A DNA stretch of 49,063 nucleotides, filler included, from Catajapyx aquilonaris (taxonomy: Eukaryota): the NCBI GenBank assembly GCA_000934665.2. It is 2 parts of 2 records of this genome, joined end to end, with 100 filler letters (N's around TTAATTAATTAA, not from the genome) between each part and the next. Parts side by side here need not be neighbours in the genome. Positions count along the whole stretch, not along the records: positions 24,494 to 49,063 come from KZ539366.1; 1 more part is not named here. The stretch is one strand, 5' to 3'. The notes below the pieces were generated by a model. It had not been told where the DNA came from, did no database searches, and was given only the letters and a program-made list of their open reading frames with translations. The translations under genes were made by a program, and so were the position numbers. Positions 25,790 through 39,334 of this stretch are shown here, piece by piece; positions within the stretch are counted from its first letter, which is position 1, and each line of letters opens with the position of its first letter.

Positions 25790-27486
25790 AATTGCATTTA
25801 ATTTGAATACCCTGTACCTCCTACCTTGTCTTATCACAGGTGGTAACTGTTGCCACAATTGTAGCATTACAGGGGGGCTGATCTTTCCAAGTGGGGAGAG
25901 TCAGGGCCTAGAGGCTTCGGGGGGCAGTTCAGAGAGCACTTCCGAATGGGTAGGCGTTTCTGTATGGCTATTTCTGACCTCCCGGTACTATCGCTCTTTG
26001 TGGTCCCGCCAGGCAGGGTCCATTAATAATTAGCCAAATTATTTCAGTTAGCGGAGCTGGGCGCTTATTGTGGGTTATGTTTGCAAAAATCTTGCTTATT
26101 TACCTGGGATGGAATTTTCGTCCCACTGCTTGTTACTGCTAAGTTAGCAGTAACCAGCAGTGGGACGAAAATTCCACCCCTGATGTCCAGTAAGTAGAAT
26201 AAGTGGCGTTTCACAGCACTTTCCATAATTGATAGGCAAAACACCATTACTTACACTAATTTTGTCAGGTTTTGGTCGGTTTTGTTGAATGTACCGGGCA
26301 TGGATTCTGATTTACTCACATAGCTCCAGTGTTGCTGGCTATCAATAATTGACTTATAACTCAGTTTCTGCCCATAACATGTTATCTGCTAGAAATACAT
26401 TTGTATAATTATGAGAAAGCAAGATGTATCAATTTCTATGAAAAATTAAGGGTTAGCATAGGGAATTTCTGCAGTTCTTAGCAAAAAAGTCGGATGTAAG
26501 TCTGTTAATAGGGTGGTGGTGTTTTATACAGTGAAACCTGCCTAGATAGCAGAAACTTGTCTTTTGTGGAATATTATTTTGATCCTGGAAGTGAGCTAGG
26601 ATTTCCCTCATATTTTCCCCCCGATATAGCAGTACCTGTCAACAGAAACTGACCTAATTTCACGGCCCTCAATAAGGAAAACCCTATGTGTAGGCCCTAG
26701 ATTTTCCCTTACGCCTTCTCTCAAGATACAGACAAGATATTTTACAAAATTAATAATAACATATATACGAGGGCTGTATATAAAATAGTGGCGACATATC
26801 TCTAGAAAATCATTAAAATGTAGGAAGTTTGCACCACTTATGTCACAGATAGGTTAGGTCTTGATCTAACCTCAGGGCTTAATGCGATCGGCCATTGAAG
26901 GTCCGGAACCCCCCCCNNNNNNNNNNNNNNNNNNCCCCCCCATGGTACCACAGGGTTCCTTTTTGAAAATAGAAACATGTGCAGCAAGGGTAATTAAATC
27001 CACTAAAATATACGGAACAACAACCTTGAGAACCGTGCCATACGAATTTGCTGAAATTGTCGTACTTTGCGAGAAATAAATTAATACTTATTTGCAGCTT
27101 TTGACACTTTGGAAATCACCCAAATTGAACAGGAGTTTTCGGAAGTGCCAGCAAGCCACAAATAAGTATTAATTTATGACTTGAAAAAATAGGGTGCAAC
27201 CTAACAATATACTCATATAGACACATTTATTTTGCACCTTCTGGTTGCTTCTTGTGGCTGTTTGGTATTCAAAAAACTTGCTAATTTGCAATTATTAAAT
27301 CCCTATTGTACTTCAATTGTTCATACTGTACCTTTTTTGCAACCACAGCTGTCTTTTTCTAATCTATGCTTACTTGCACTATTTGCATCCAAAACACTAG
27401 TGCCCAAAGCTTAAACATATCTTACACAATCCCTGTGTTACTTGGTAGCAATTCAGTTAATACATCTGGCTATTGTTGATTGTTAT

Positions 27487-27792
27487 CAGCCCCACGCAAC
27501 TCCCACCCCTTTCTTATGGTGACAGTAGTGTAATATAAGAGTCTCCGCTGGTGTTGGCGTCACTCACTGGGCGTATCGGGTTGCCAGGCGTATTAGGGTG
27601 GACGCCTTCTGAACCAACCCAAACCATCAATACCCAGTACAGTACCCCCAGCCCTATTTTGCAGATTCACACACAGCCACATGAGTGAGTCTGGCACCCC
27701 GATCCCCCCAGTGAGCAACGCCAGCACCAAATTCCCGGTCTGGTGGAGACTTTCATATTAAACTGCCATATCATAGGAGTTGCGTGGGGCTG
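27487..27792. mobile_element. hAT-like MITE
   Basis: TIR CAGCCCCACGCAACTCC, perfect 8-bp TSD ATTGTTAT. Confidence 0.8.
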
Positions 27793-28002
27793 ATTGTTAT
27801 GCACAGTATTTGGAATGGTTTTAAAGTCAAGCTATGTTTGAGGTTTGTGCGTGTCACAAAATGGGCTAGCTGAGCACTTGTATTGAATGATATTAGCATA
27901 TCCCAAAAGTTGAGACCCTTTGGTCTGTAAAAATGTGTAAAGGTTCCATCCTCACACACAGAAATGTATTGTAGCATGATGACATGTACTATTGGCATAA
28001 TA

Positions 28003-28226
28003 CAGGGTGTTCCAAATATGCAGGCTGCTGTAGTTATAGGAAATTTCACTCAAAGGTGTTAGTAGCTTGTTGTATCCCGATCCAGGTGCCCTATTATGCA
28101 TAGCAACTGCTACATTCGACCACCTGGGAATAATTGGGCATCTGGATTGGGGCACAACAAGCTACACAAAAATAATTTGTTCGATATTAATGAAAAATAA
28201 AAACGGCCGATACTTGGAACACTCTG
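28003..28226. mobile_element. Tc1-like MITE
   Basis: TA-CAGGGTGTTCCAAATAT ... ATACTTGGAACACTCTG-TA. Confidence 0.65.
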
Positions 28227-28607
28227 TATAGTGGACACTTTCTAATAAAAAATTCATGTGGATGTGTCTGGGATGGCATAGTATTGTGGTGATGACACCC
28301 CCCGAGTTAATTGTGGTTAAAGGCCTGTTCCCAAAGATTTTTTACTCAAAATCGTGCTGTGACAGCGTCATCTTCCTGACACTTTTACAGCTAGGTCAAG
28401 TGAACCCTTTCCCAAAGGCAATTGTTGACATTAGGCTGACAGCTTGATAAACTAGTAAATCATGGTGAAGTGGTTTTTAAAATGTTTGGTTGGGGAAGGG
28501 GAAAAATTGAATTTGAACAGTTTACCTATAATATTGGGTAGTGAAGACCTCACGTGAGGTGTTGCACGGACCTTAATTTAATTGCATACATACAGTACAG
28601 TCCCACT

Positions 28608-28838
28608 ACCGAAGCAGGTTGGCATGGTGGATAAGGCTTCCGACTGCTAATCGGGAGGTCCTGGGTTCGAATCCCGGGGCCAGCAACGTTTACCGTGGTT
28701 TTCTGTGGTTTTCCACGGTCTTTCTAGGATAATTCCGGGGTCGCTTCCGTATAATAGGCCACAGCCGCTTCCTTCCTTCCCTATCCTTGGAGGTTGAAAA
28801 GCAATGCTGGGCCAACCTCCTTAAATATCAATTTTAAA
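28608..28838 (+). mobile_element. tRNA-derived SINE, type D copy 1
   Basis: B-box GGTTCGAATCCC; 14-bp TSD AGTACAGTCCCACT at 28594-28607 / 28839-28852. Confidence 0.8.
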
Positions 28839-29339
28839 AGTACAGTCCCACTCATAAAGATTGGTACGACTCTATGGACGAAATGTTTATCCTGATTATC
28901 AGGCATTATTTCCAACCTTAATTTGACAAAACCCTATGGACAACCTTTTCTGGACCTCTGGTGACTCGTATGACCCATCCCGATTATTAAATAAAAATTT
29001 TAATGACCAAAATGTTCAACCCGGTGCAATGCTTACGTAGATTTGATGTGAATTTCACCCCTAAAATTTTCCTACTTAGCTTTGTTTTTCTCTTCCCTTT
29101 TTTATTTTGTTTTGATTCCCTTTTCCTGGACTTCCTCGTGACCCCTAAAAACATGCTGGTGACCCAGGGGTTGGGAACAGAATAAACATTTCGTCCATAT
29201 ACAGTCGTACCATTCTTTATGAACGGTACTGTACATCCTGCTGCTGCAACGCCCTTTTCCCTGGGCGTGGGGGGAAGGGGCCGTTCCCAAGGGAGGGTGC
29301 TGTTATAGTTTCTAGTCATTTCTGACCCTCTTAAATACC

Positions 29340-29510
29340 AGACCTTTTCTCCTGGCCCTGGGCAGAGAAGGGAGTGTGAATCTGCCTGGACATGTCATGT
29401 GAAAAGCGGAAAAAGACCCTAGCAAGCAAAGGTGTCGAGGGCAGGATTTGAACCCCGGACCTCCCGCTTGACTGGCCAGTAGCATAGCCACTAGACCACC
29501 ATGCCCCCCT
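29340..29510 (-). mobile_element. tRNA-derived SINE head, type E
   Basis: Minus strand GGTGGTCTAGTGG (A-box) ... GGTTCAAATCC (B-box); no intact acceptor stem; 3' boundary approximate. Confidence 0.55.
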
Positions 29511-29760
29511 CAGTTTGTTACCTAAAACTGATCATGTGACCTTGATCTGAGATCTGATTGGTCGGCAGGAGCCAGGAGCACATCCCTGTTCACTGTAGAA
29601 TGCCATTAGCATTCCGGGTCAGGAATGCAACAGTTACATCGCACAGCCACAGCCATTATCATTGCTGTAGCATTCCCGACCAGTGCAACTGGCCCCTCCC
29701 TGCTGCTGCGGATACGCTGTCACAGCGCAATGTTGCATAAAAAATTGTCTGTGGGAACAG

Positions 29761-29844
29761 GCCTTAACTCAAGAGTGCCAGTGATGACACACTAAGTCTG
29801 AAGCCTTAACTCAAGAGTGCCAGTGATGACACACTAAGTCTGAA
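29761..29844 (+). repeat. Perfect 42-bp tandem duplication
   Basis: GCCTTAACTCAAGAGTGCCAGTGATGACACACTAAGTCTGAA x2. Confidence 0.9.
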
Positions 29845-30899
29845 GAAAGGGTTCCCCCATGAGATGAATTCTAGGCAGGTCAATAGTTTAAAAAAAAATC
29901 AATATATTGCTTGAAAAAATATTTACAATTACTGCTTATAACACACAACCCTAAGAAATGGGAGATGCTTGGTTGTATTGTGGGAAAGTAGAAGAAATCG
30001 GCACTTGTAAAAAGTTATGCATATGATGCAACAGTGAGAAAGATGATCCTAGTGTAAAGAAAAGGAAGTTGTGGCACTGCTACAGTTTATACACAGACAG
30101 GAAATAAAATTTTATGTATATCACTGACATTAAAAAAAAAAATCCTGTCAAAATTGGGGGTTGAAAACACTTACAATTTGGGGCCCCAAACCCTCATCAG
30201 TGGGTCAATATTTGCTAAAGAGAGAGATTTTGTGCAGTAACAAAGTCATTATTTTCCAACCATAATTTATTTCCTGCATTCCGTTACTGTGCATATTAGT
30301 ACTCTGTAATGTTGTGACATTTCATCATCTGTTATTACCATTACCACTGATTTACATTTTTAATGTATTGAAACTTCACTTATTATACCAATCTTAGAGG
30401 CATACTTCTCAGTCAGACCTTTACAACATGGGAATAAAATTACTATCATAATGTGACACACTTGAAGGTATTAAATAGGTTTATCATGAAATTTGCAACA
30501 AATCACTGGTTCACCATATCATTTCCTAAATTATGGTGACAGGAATGATGCAGCAAAGGAAATAGTCCCATTTCTCATTCGGCATCAATTTAGTGTTACT
30601 CATGTATAAATATAATTTTTAATCTAATAACCTTTTTGTCAATATTTGAGTACACTGAATGGCAGTAGTGGTGTAATGACCCATCTGTTGCGGTAAGACA
30701 ATTCTAGCAGCACAGCTTTCCTAATGCAGGTAGGCCCCCGCTTTACGGCACAGTTAGGGTCCAGCAAAACAGTCATAAAATGAAAAGTCATAAACCTAAG
30801 TCCTTACAGGGTGAAGGGAAACTATTGGACAATCGCCTGCTAGACCGATAGTACTCGTAAAACCAATATAGGGATGTGCAATTAGTTTTTGGCTCCACT

Positions 30900-31083
30900 T
30901 TTGTGAATAGAGTTTCAATGGGTTCTGTCCGTGTTCGCGTGCGTTTTCTCAGGGTTCTCCCGTTTCCTCCCACTATCAAAATCCATCACAGCAAAGGCAA
31001 TGATTAAAGTCGGGTATTTAAAAGATGATCCCCTAAGAGGTCCAAGGAGGCCTATAACGGGGTATCCATTATTATTATTATTA
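30900..31083 (+). mobile_element. SINE type C, 5'-truncated copy
   Basis: Matches 17545-17730, including the tail GGAGGCCTATAACGGGGTATCC(ATT)n. Confidence 0.75.
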
Positions 31084-31857
31084 AGTGGGCAAGGATGACG
31101 AAAGTTCATCCAGAGCAGATTTGGGCAATGCCAAGTAGACCTACCTTGAGTGTAAGTAAGAACACTCATGGGGACCAAACAAAAAAAAGAGGGGGGGGGG
31201 GGGGGGGNNAAGGTAAAGTCAGTAACCCAGGTGTCAACACGGATAGTACCTTTTGCCAATGCTGCATATAATAAGCACCATGTTGATTAAGGCATTTGTC
31301 ATACTGTGGGACCAAATTTTGTGTGCCTGTGCAAGTCACTATGGCAAGTAATTTTCCTCTTGATTACTCATTCCCTAGGCTCTTGCCTACCGAGATTTTT
31401 CCTGAGGCTGTGAAACTAATGAATATCTCACTTTGTGTTTGTTTTGTTTGTTTAGTATTCCCAGTGAGCAGTTTTAGAAAATCACTTTGTGCAGTAGGCC
31501 CTACTTACAAGCACATTACTCAGTCTCAAACAGTTCAAGAAATGCTTTTTTGAACATTATGAACACATTCCCAGGCACCAAGTGGTTTTCACTTGTTTTC
31601 CCACACAGGGAAGTGTTTGGCAGTCAGGGAGTGACCAAGGGCCAAAACCTGGTGATGAGTGTCCCATAGCAGATACCAATATACAAAACCTGGTCCCATA
31701 AGTTCCTCAATCAGCAGTGATTATTTGCAGTAGAGGCTAAAAATACAGGCCATCATGCTGCAATGTAGTTATTTTGGGGAGAATTCTTGAAACACTTTTT
31801 ATGCCAAAAGGGTCTTACTTTATGGACAAGCTGATAGTTGCCTACCCATTGCTGCAG

Positions 31858-33024
31858 CCAAGTCCCGTGTGCCCAGCTTCCTAGTGGAGACTCCATTTGA
31901 CACAGGTGTCACCCGAAGGGTCAAGAGGGCATACAGCTCCGTGGATTCTCTGAGCATTCGAATGGGTGTCTTCCTGAGGCGCTACCCCGTTGCCCGACTT
32001 TTTCTGGTTGCATACGTTGTGAGTGCATTTTGTTAATCCTTGAATAGTTCTTTTATGCTTCACTAGTGCCTTGGATTCTTGAAGTCGTCTATTGAATCAT
32101 GTCATATTGCAAATCAGAATGTTATAATGAGCCTCTCCATATATCAGGTATGTTCATCTTGTAGGAGACTCAAATTGTAGGCGCAGATGATTAATCTCGA
32201 GACATACCTTGTATTTGACATCTTCTGTTTAAAGACAGCTCCCACCCACCATCTTATCTACATGCCACCCTACTGCGGATCATGCATTATGATAAGCATC
32301 TTGTGTTAAATCCACAGCAAATGGCAACTCTACTTCTTGCTGATCGTAAGTTATTGCAGTGGGAGATCCGTAGGGTGTGGAATGCAGGTAAGGCAGTGAG
32401 TGGGATCTGCATTTTGTAAGAAGATGAAGAGGATCAGAAAAAACACTTTCAGGAAAGTGTACTACAGAAGGCTACATACTAGTAAGCCACATGCTGCGCA
32501 TGTATGTGTGGAGCACAATATTAATTTGTTAAGGACCTAACTTTGAGTGTGGTATTTTTACTATGCTACTTTAAATGGGTCACGTAAGGTGTAGTTCTCT
32601 CTTGTGGGAGTATTTTGAAGAGAGAGAACCCCACTCACTATGCTGAGTGTAGATATGATGCAAAATTTTAAGTGAAGAATTGAGGTGAGAGTGCTGGAGA
32701 AAAATGGAAACTCAGTCAGCCTACAGGATATTTTAATATTCTGGAAACAGACTCGCAATTCTTGTTGCTTAACCTTTTCCAACTTGAATTAGGACCACAT
32801 GGTTTTGTCATATAACCACTGATCCAAAGAACATTAGATGGAAAAATTTGTGTTAGTTCAAATGTATCTTATTTTTTGAGAAAAAAAAAAAAGGAAACTT
32901 AAGCCATTGGCATGATCCTCTTCCATAGTTCCTGCTACACATGTGGGTCATGATAGTCCTGCTGACATACACACCTGAGACACACGGAATGGAACCTCGT
33001 GGAAGGAAGGCGAATGGACAATGA
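31858..33024 (+). CDS. GOLGA5: Golgin-84 (golgin subfamily A member 5), last two coding exons including the transmembrane anchor
   Basis: Exon 31858-32018 (KSRVPSFLVETPFDTGVTRRVKRAYSSVDSLSIRMGVFLRRYPVARLFLVAYV) and exon 32929-33024 (FLLHMWVMIVLLTYTPETHGMEPRGRKANGQ*), GT-AG and in phase; matches the conserved golgin-84 C-terminus SIRxGxFLRRYPxAR..LLHxWVMIVLLTYTPE. Confidence 0.9.
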
Positions 33025-33490
33025 TTTTGCCAGTTGACTGGTTATTAGGTGGCAGAAGCACTGGATTGGTACAGAATAATTTGTATATACTGTTTGTGAC
33101 ATATTAAATTGGCTTATCATTTTTATCTTGTTGTCCATTTTGAGTATATTATGTCAATAGTGTCACCCATTTCCGGGAGGTTCAATTAGCTTTTCAGGGT
33201 GGCCAAAGAGTATGGCGATAAAATGCTAACTTGAGCCAGATTTACATAAGTTGAAGAAGACTGGCATTATTATTATTCTGACAGGTGAGAGTCAACTGAC
33301 AACCCCCCCCCCCCTCCCTACAGCCCCTTTTCCCCCTTTAGATTCAGTGGCCATTTACGGGCATGCCCTTAAAGGCGTCAAAAAGGGCACATTGTCAGGA
33401 TGAAGGTCAAGCAGGCAGGTCATGGCCCATCAATTGTACTGGTCATTTTATATCTTATGCCTTAGTACTGATCCATTGTTAGTCCTCTAC

Positions 33491-34328
<838 letters not shown>

Positions 34329-34909
34329 ATTATTATTATTATTATTATTATGACCAAGTTCTTGCTACACTTCCTGGTCTGCAAGAAAACCATTGAGAAA
34401 TGCAAAGAAGGAGAATTTACTTCTCACCATGCTATGTAGTCTCTTATCATCTCTCTGAGCTTATGATCCCACCTTAAATGAAAGTGCAAAAATTATTGAT
34501 TTTTTAAACTGACTTGATTCACATGGATCCCTGAGATCAGCTGCTATCCTTCACGGATAAGCATCTGTTTTTTATTATTTGTAATTGATTGGGTGAGTGA
34601 TGTTATTTTCAGGGAATAATTTTACTATGGTAAAATGCGCCATTACACAGAATGATGTCCTAACAATATTCTCAGAAAATCATCGAAACTATGACCTTAC
34701 CAGACCTTACCCACAGTCAAGATAACATGCCACTAAACAGATAAACAAAAATAAGTAGTGACAGTGATGCAATTTTTTTTCCCCTACAAAACAAGTAATG
34801 GCAGATAAAATTAGTTTACATGGCCTTCAGTTATTGAGCAACCTATTGCAAAGGTCAGGAATTCTAACTTTGGAATTTGATGTTACATCTTGACTAACAC
34901 TCCTTCTTT

Positions 34910-37900
34910 ATGATGGCAAAGGCTTGGTTGCTTCTTCTATTACCCACAAGTGAGTAATTTTTTTAGCTTGTAGATAATAGTTTGGTTTTTCAAATGCAGC
35001 TGTTTTGTAACAGAGAGATTATATAGAATAATGTATGATTGATTAGATATTTATTTCAGTAGTTCTGGTCACACTTCATGTTACTCATGGAAACCGGCAT
35101 AGAAGAATTGTCACAGGGAACTTGAAAATCACTTTGGAACTTTTACATGCAAGTATTTAAAAGCATTAAGGCCATTTCACAAAAAAATGTCGCGCGGCAA
35201 ACAACGCGGGTTGCGGCAAATTTGTTATTTATATTTATTATTGCCAACAATTGGCAACAATAAATATAAATAAAAAATTTGCCGCAACGTGCGCCGTTTG
35301 CCGCGCGACATTTTTTTGTGAAATGGCCGTTATAAGATTTTCTTTTCATAGCATTGTTGCATCTACTCCACACTGTAGATTTTGGACAGTGAATCTCAAG
35401 GCAGAAATGTGCTATTTTCACCAACAAATGTAGATCAACTTATGGGTATGATATACATGGGATCATCTGGTCATACTTCACGACAGATTAAAAAGGCATT
35501 CCTGCTGGAAAGAAACAAGGAAAATGCCTGCCAAAGATATTCAAGGCTGACAGATTCATTCCAAGTGAGTATAATTGATGGTACAGATATGTTAAAATAA
35601 TGCAAAGTGTTTACATTCAAATTCTTTTGTGGTCCTGCTGCACACCTAGAGAATTAAAGGAGTGACCTTGGAAGCAGCTAATAAGGTTTACTTGGCCAGA
35701 GACACTTACCTGCTAGCAGATTATCAGCAGCAGCTGGGTTTCTGCTTTGAATCCAGTGCAGGTGTTGTTAACTTCAGGCACCAACAGGAAGCTGCAAACA
35801 AGATAAACTCATGGGTGGATCGGGTCACGCACAGCAAAATTAGACAGATGATTGATCCTAGTAAGGACCAGAACAACAAATACAGAAAACTTCAATTTAG
35901 ATGGCTGTTTCAGTTAGTGAGTTTTTTGTCGTAGGCTTCTTATTTTAATGGTGTTACTCTTTGGAATGGTTACTTTTAGTTATCAACAGTATTAGTTGCC
36001 AATATTCTGCAGAAATGAATCCCCCATTCATGCTCTAAACTGCAAGGAATTTCTGACAGGAATGGTCCAGTGGAACAATTGGCATTACGGAAATGTCAAT
36101 GGTAGAACCAATTTTTTGCAGGTTAGCCCCCCCCCCCNATGCATTCATTAAAACAGATAGGTACATGTCACTTCAAATTGTCAGCTAATTTTACGAGGCA
36201 CATCTAGAAAGTTTTTCTTGCGCAACAATTCCCACCTGCGTACTGCCTTGCATACTGGAACCCTGCTGTAACAATTGAGGGGGTGAAAATCAAAAACCGA
36301 CAGCTCTGTCATGAACGTAACGGAGAAAAAACGAGAAAAACCTACAGTTTCGCCGTGTATGTCAACGTAGATACCTGAATGTAGCGGCTATTCCCATGTA
36401 CATAGGTAGGGTTTTTGATACCATATTCAAGTATTATGTAGTCCATGGCATGAGGAATGCATTTCCGGCGCTAACTTATTTTTTAAATTTTCTGGAGCTG
36501 TCGGTTTTTGATTTTCACCCCCTCTATTCAAGTGAGAATTGTTTGATCATCCTCCGTAGAACCGGGATTTAGAGCATAGCGATTACCATCTATCTATGGG
36601 CATGAATAAATGGTATGCAAAGCAGAGGTTTGACAATGACAAGGAGTTACAGTCCAGCGGGGAAATGACTCTTGGTAAACTTCTACAACGTAGGCATACA
36701 AAATCTTCTGTATCTCTATGACAAATGCCTCAATTTAGCTGGAACCTATGTTGAAAGAAGTAGACAGTTGAAGCTTTCAGAGGTATGCAATACAACCTCT
36801 GGGGGTGCATTGTAGGTTTTATAATAAAAGACAGAACTTACTTTCTGGATGCCCCCGGATTTATAATGCTGAGAAACCAAAGAAACTGCTTAAACATAAG
36901 CAACTTATGGAAAATTAACTGCTAATCAAAATGGCCATCTCAATTGCAACACATATTAGCATGGATTTTGTGTGCAGAATCTGACATTTTCAGGTGTCCT
37001 GGATGCAAATATGAAGATAGCTCTCATCAGTGGAATCTATTTCAAAGCGAAATGGAAGACACCATTTGATTCTTCATTGACTGCCATGAGTGAATTTCGT
37101 ACTTCAGACTACAAAGTAATTAACAACGTCCCTATGATGAAGTCAGATGGGTATTACCCATATACTGACATTGATGAATTTTACTCACAAGCCATCTTAC
37201 TTCCCTACAAGGTGAGGTTTTAGGATAGCTAAGTACAGTATTTGGAGGACCCATAAATACACAGCTTATTTCCATGGAGGTACTGTACATTGTTCCCTTC
37301 CCAAGAAAATGTTGTTGACCATTGTGCTTCCATCATGCTCTGCGTAATTTTAGTGCATTTTACGTGAGAAAAAAAATGGCCACTCATTGGTTGGCAATAC
37401 TCATAACTGCTAGTCAATGACGCTGCCCCCAAAAATTTTATGGCCTTACGTCCATTTGCAAATAACATCAAATAGCATGCTTATATGGCAGGTGGCACCA
37501 AATGCAGTAAAACCCATGCATGCTGGTCTCTCACTGTTTGGGACAGTTGACCAAACAATGACAGTAAAAAACCTGATGTGCATGATGATAACTGCAGCAG
37601 TGCAACTGCCCCTTTGGTCTGATTGCACCACTGAGAGCAGACCATTGCTGAAGGCTTTATAACTTTTAATAGTTAGCAATGACATTAATATGAAAATCAA
37701 CCATGATCTAACTTCAGTTGTGAAACTGGGCCTTAGTCAAGGAAGTAGGTGAGACGAGCTTTATGATATTTCACAATAAGGGGGCAACAACATAGATTTA
37801 GCTACTCTTTCCTTCCACACCTGCACATGCCACGTGTGACTTTGACGGCTAATAATAATTTTGTGTCAGTATTCGTACCCCATTTTTATCTCATGATGTT

Positions 37901-39334
37901 ACCTTAGTTTGGTGGGATCTTTCTGAAATTTTGGAATTACAGACTTGATGTACCGGTATATAATGAATTAAGGTAGTTGGAAAGGTTATTTTTGAACATT
38001 GTACATGTACACTGTACTCCCGATTATCTGGGTGCAGATTATCTGTTGCAGGTTATTATCCGTGCATCGCCAAAAAATTAAATTAAAAATAATAGTCTGA
38101 AAAAATGTAAATATGTCTCGCAAATAAGAAATATAACAGACTTTTTCTAGAAGACAAACTAAAAGTCTAGGGTAAATTTCATTATTAACCTTAGTCAAAA
38201 CAGCATACACTATATTATACAGTGTGTATCAGAGTCACGGGTCAGGCGTGCGCGAGGGGGTGGGGAAAAATCGTAGGTGGCGACAACCTCGTTCGGTTTT
38301 ATAAAACAATTAGAAATACTGCAGTAATCAATATATTTATTACGGCCAGTACCCTGCCGGTGTAACCTTTTCCAGTGCAACCCGCAAGGCTAAAAACCCG
38401 TTCAACCAGGTTCAAACCACTGCACTCTTACCTTGACTCTTGCCAGCCCGCGCGACTCAGTTCGAACAGAAAGGATTTGACGTCATGCCGTACGGCCGTA
38501 ATAAATATATTGATTACTGCTGTATTTCTAATTGTTTTATCAAACCGACTGGGGTTGTCGCCACCTACGATTTTTCCCTACCCCCTCGCGCTCGCTTGAC
38601 CCGTGACTCTGATACACCCTGTATAGTAGGACATTAAAAACCTGATAATAGCTCATTTTTATGGTAGGCCTATCTATGACCATTTTCCAATTATCCGTGT
38701 TTTCCTATTATTTGGTGTCATCATTAGGCCAGATAATCGGGAGTGCAGTGTATTTAGAACTAGCATTTTTAGTAAAATGTAAACTGTTCATCATGATGTA
38801 GGGCAACCGTTTGTCCATGCTGGTGATCCTCCCTCGCTACAACAATGGCCTTCTGACAGCTATGTCAGTTTTAAAATATATCAAGCTGGAAAGTCTTCTG
38901 CAGAGGATGAGAGCACAACGTGTTGTAGTTGCATTCCCACGTTTTAAGCTGGAAACTTCAATGGATTTGATTCCAGCTCTTAAGAAAATGGGAATAAAGG
39001 ATTTGTTCCAACCAAGTCTTTCTGATGTCAGCTCTGTTTCAAACACTGAGGACCTGCATGTGTCCCTTTTTCTTCTGAAGTCTTTTATTGAGGTTAATGA
39101 GCGGGGAACAGGAGCAACTCTTTCTACTGGTAAGATATGACAGCATTTCTATTCATTATACAGTATCATAATCGCATGTTCTGTGCACCACATTTCCCCC
39201 CCTTTTTAGGCGCAACATTCTCATCATCGTCTGTTCCTGTCTTTCAAGCCAATCGTCCATTTGTCTTTTTCATCATGGATAAAAAACTAGGAATATTTCT
39301 CTATGCTGGAAAGGTGGATAATCCCCTGGAATAA
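34910..39334 (+). CDS. Secreted serpin A, 7 exons, about 398 aa
   Basis: Exons 34910-34949, 35060-35148 (GC donor), 35379-35564, 35650-35860, 36994-37211, 38802-39129, 39210-39334. Signal peptide MMAKAWLLLLLPTIVLVTL; motifs NVLFSP, INSWVDRVTHSKI, IYFKAKWKTPF, SMLVILP, PRFKLE, EVNERGT, FQANRPFVFFI..GKVDNP; AATAAA at 39338. Confidence 0.9.
35170..35328. mobile_element. Palindromic Harbinger-like MITE in serpin A intron 2
   Basis: GGCCATTTCACAAAAAAATGTCGCGCGGCAAAC ... GTTTGCCGCGCGACATTTTTTTGTGAAATGGCC; nearly fully self-complementary. Confidence 0.75.
36192..36860 (+). mobile_element. Internally deleted mariner relic interrupted by a 30-bp-TIR MITE (36277-36524)
   Basis: TACGAGG start; decayed PP*NRDLEHSDYHL and FYNVGIQNLLYLYDKCLNLAGTYVE transposase C-terminus; inner perfect TIR GAGGGGGTGAAAATCAAAAACCGACAGCTC. 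Confidence 0.7.
38010..38750. mobile_element. Tc1/mariner MITE containing a second long-TIR Tc1-like MITE (38220-38621)
   Basis: Outer TIR CACTGTACTCCCGATTATCTGG with TA TSD; inner TIR of about 125 bp, CAGTGTGTATCAGAGTCACGGGTCA.., with TA TSD. Confidence 0.75.

Larger units (their letters stand above)
28321..29764. mobile_element. Harbinger-like element hosting a nested Tc1-like MITE (28598-29231) and SINEs
   Basis: TAA-AGGCCTGTTCCCA ... TGGGAACAGGCCT-TAA; inner TIR ..TGGTACGACT.TATGGACGAAATGTTTAT. Confidence 0.6.

Noticed and set aside
25773..26033. Candidate upstream golgin-84 exon
   Set aside because: Translation has no coiled-coil character or golgin-84 similarity.
28608..28690. Functional tRNA genes (also at 5170, 6380-6450, 14268, 17460, 29430-29510, 42975-43050)
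   Set aside because: A/B boxes are present but cloverleaves are degenerate, and most are followed by SINE bodies, tails and TSDs.
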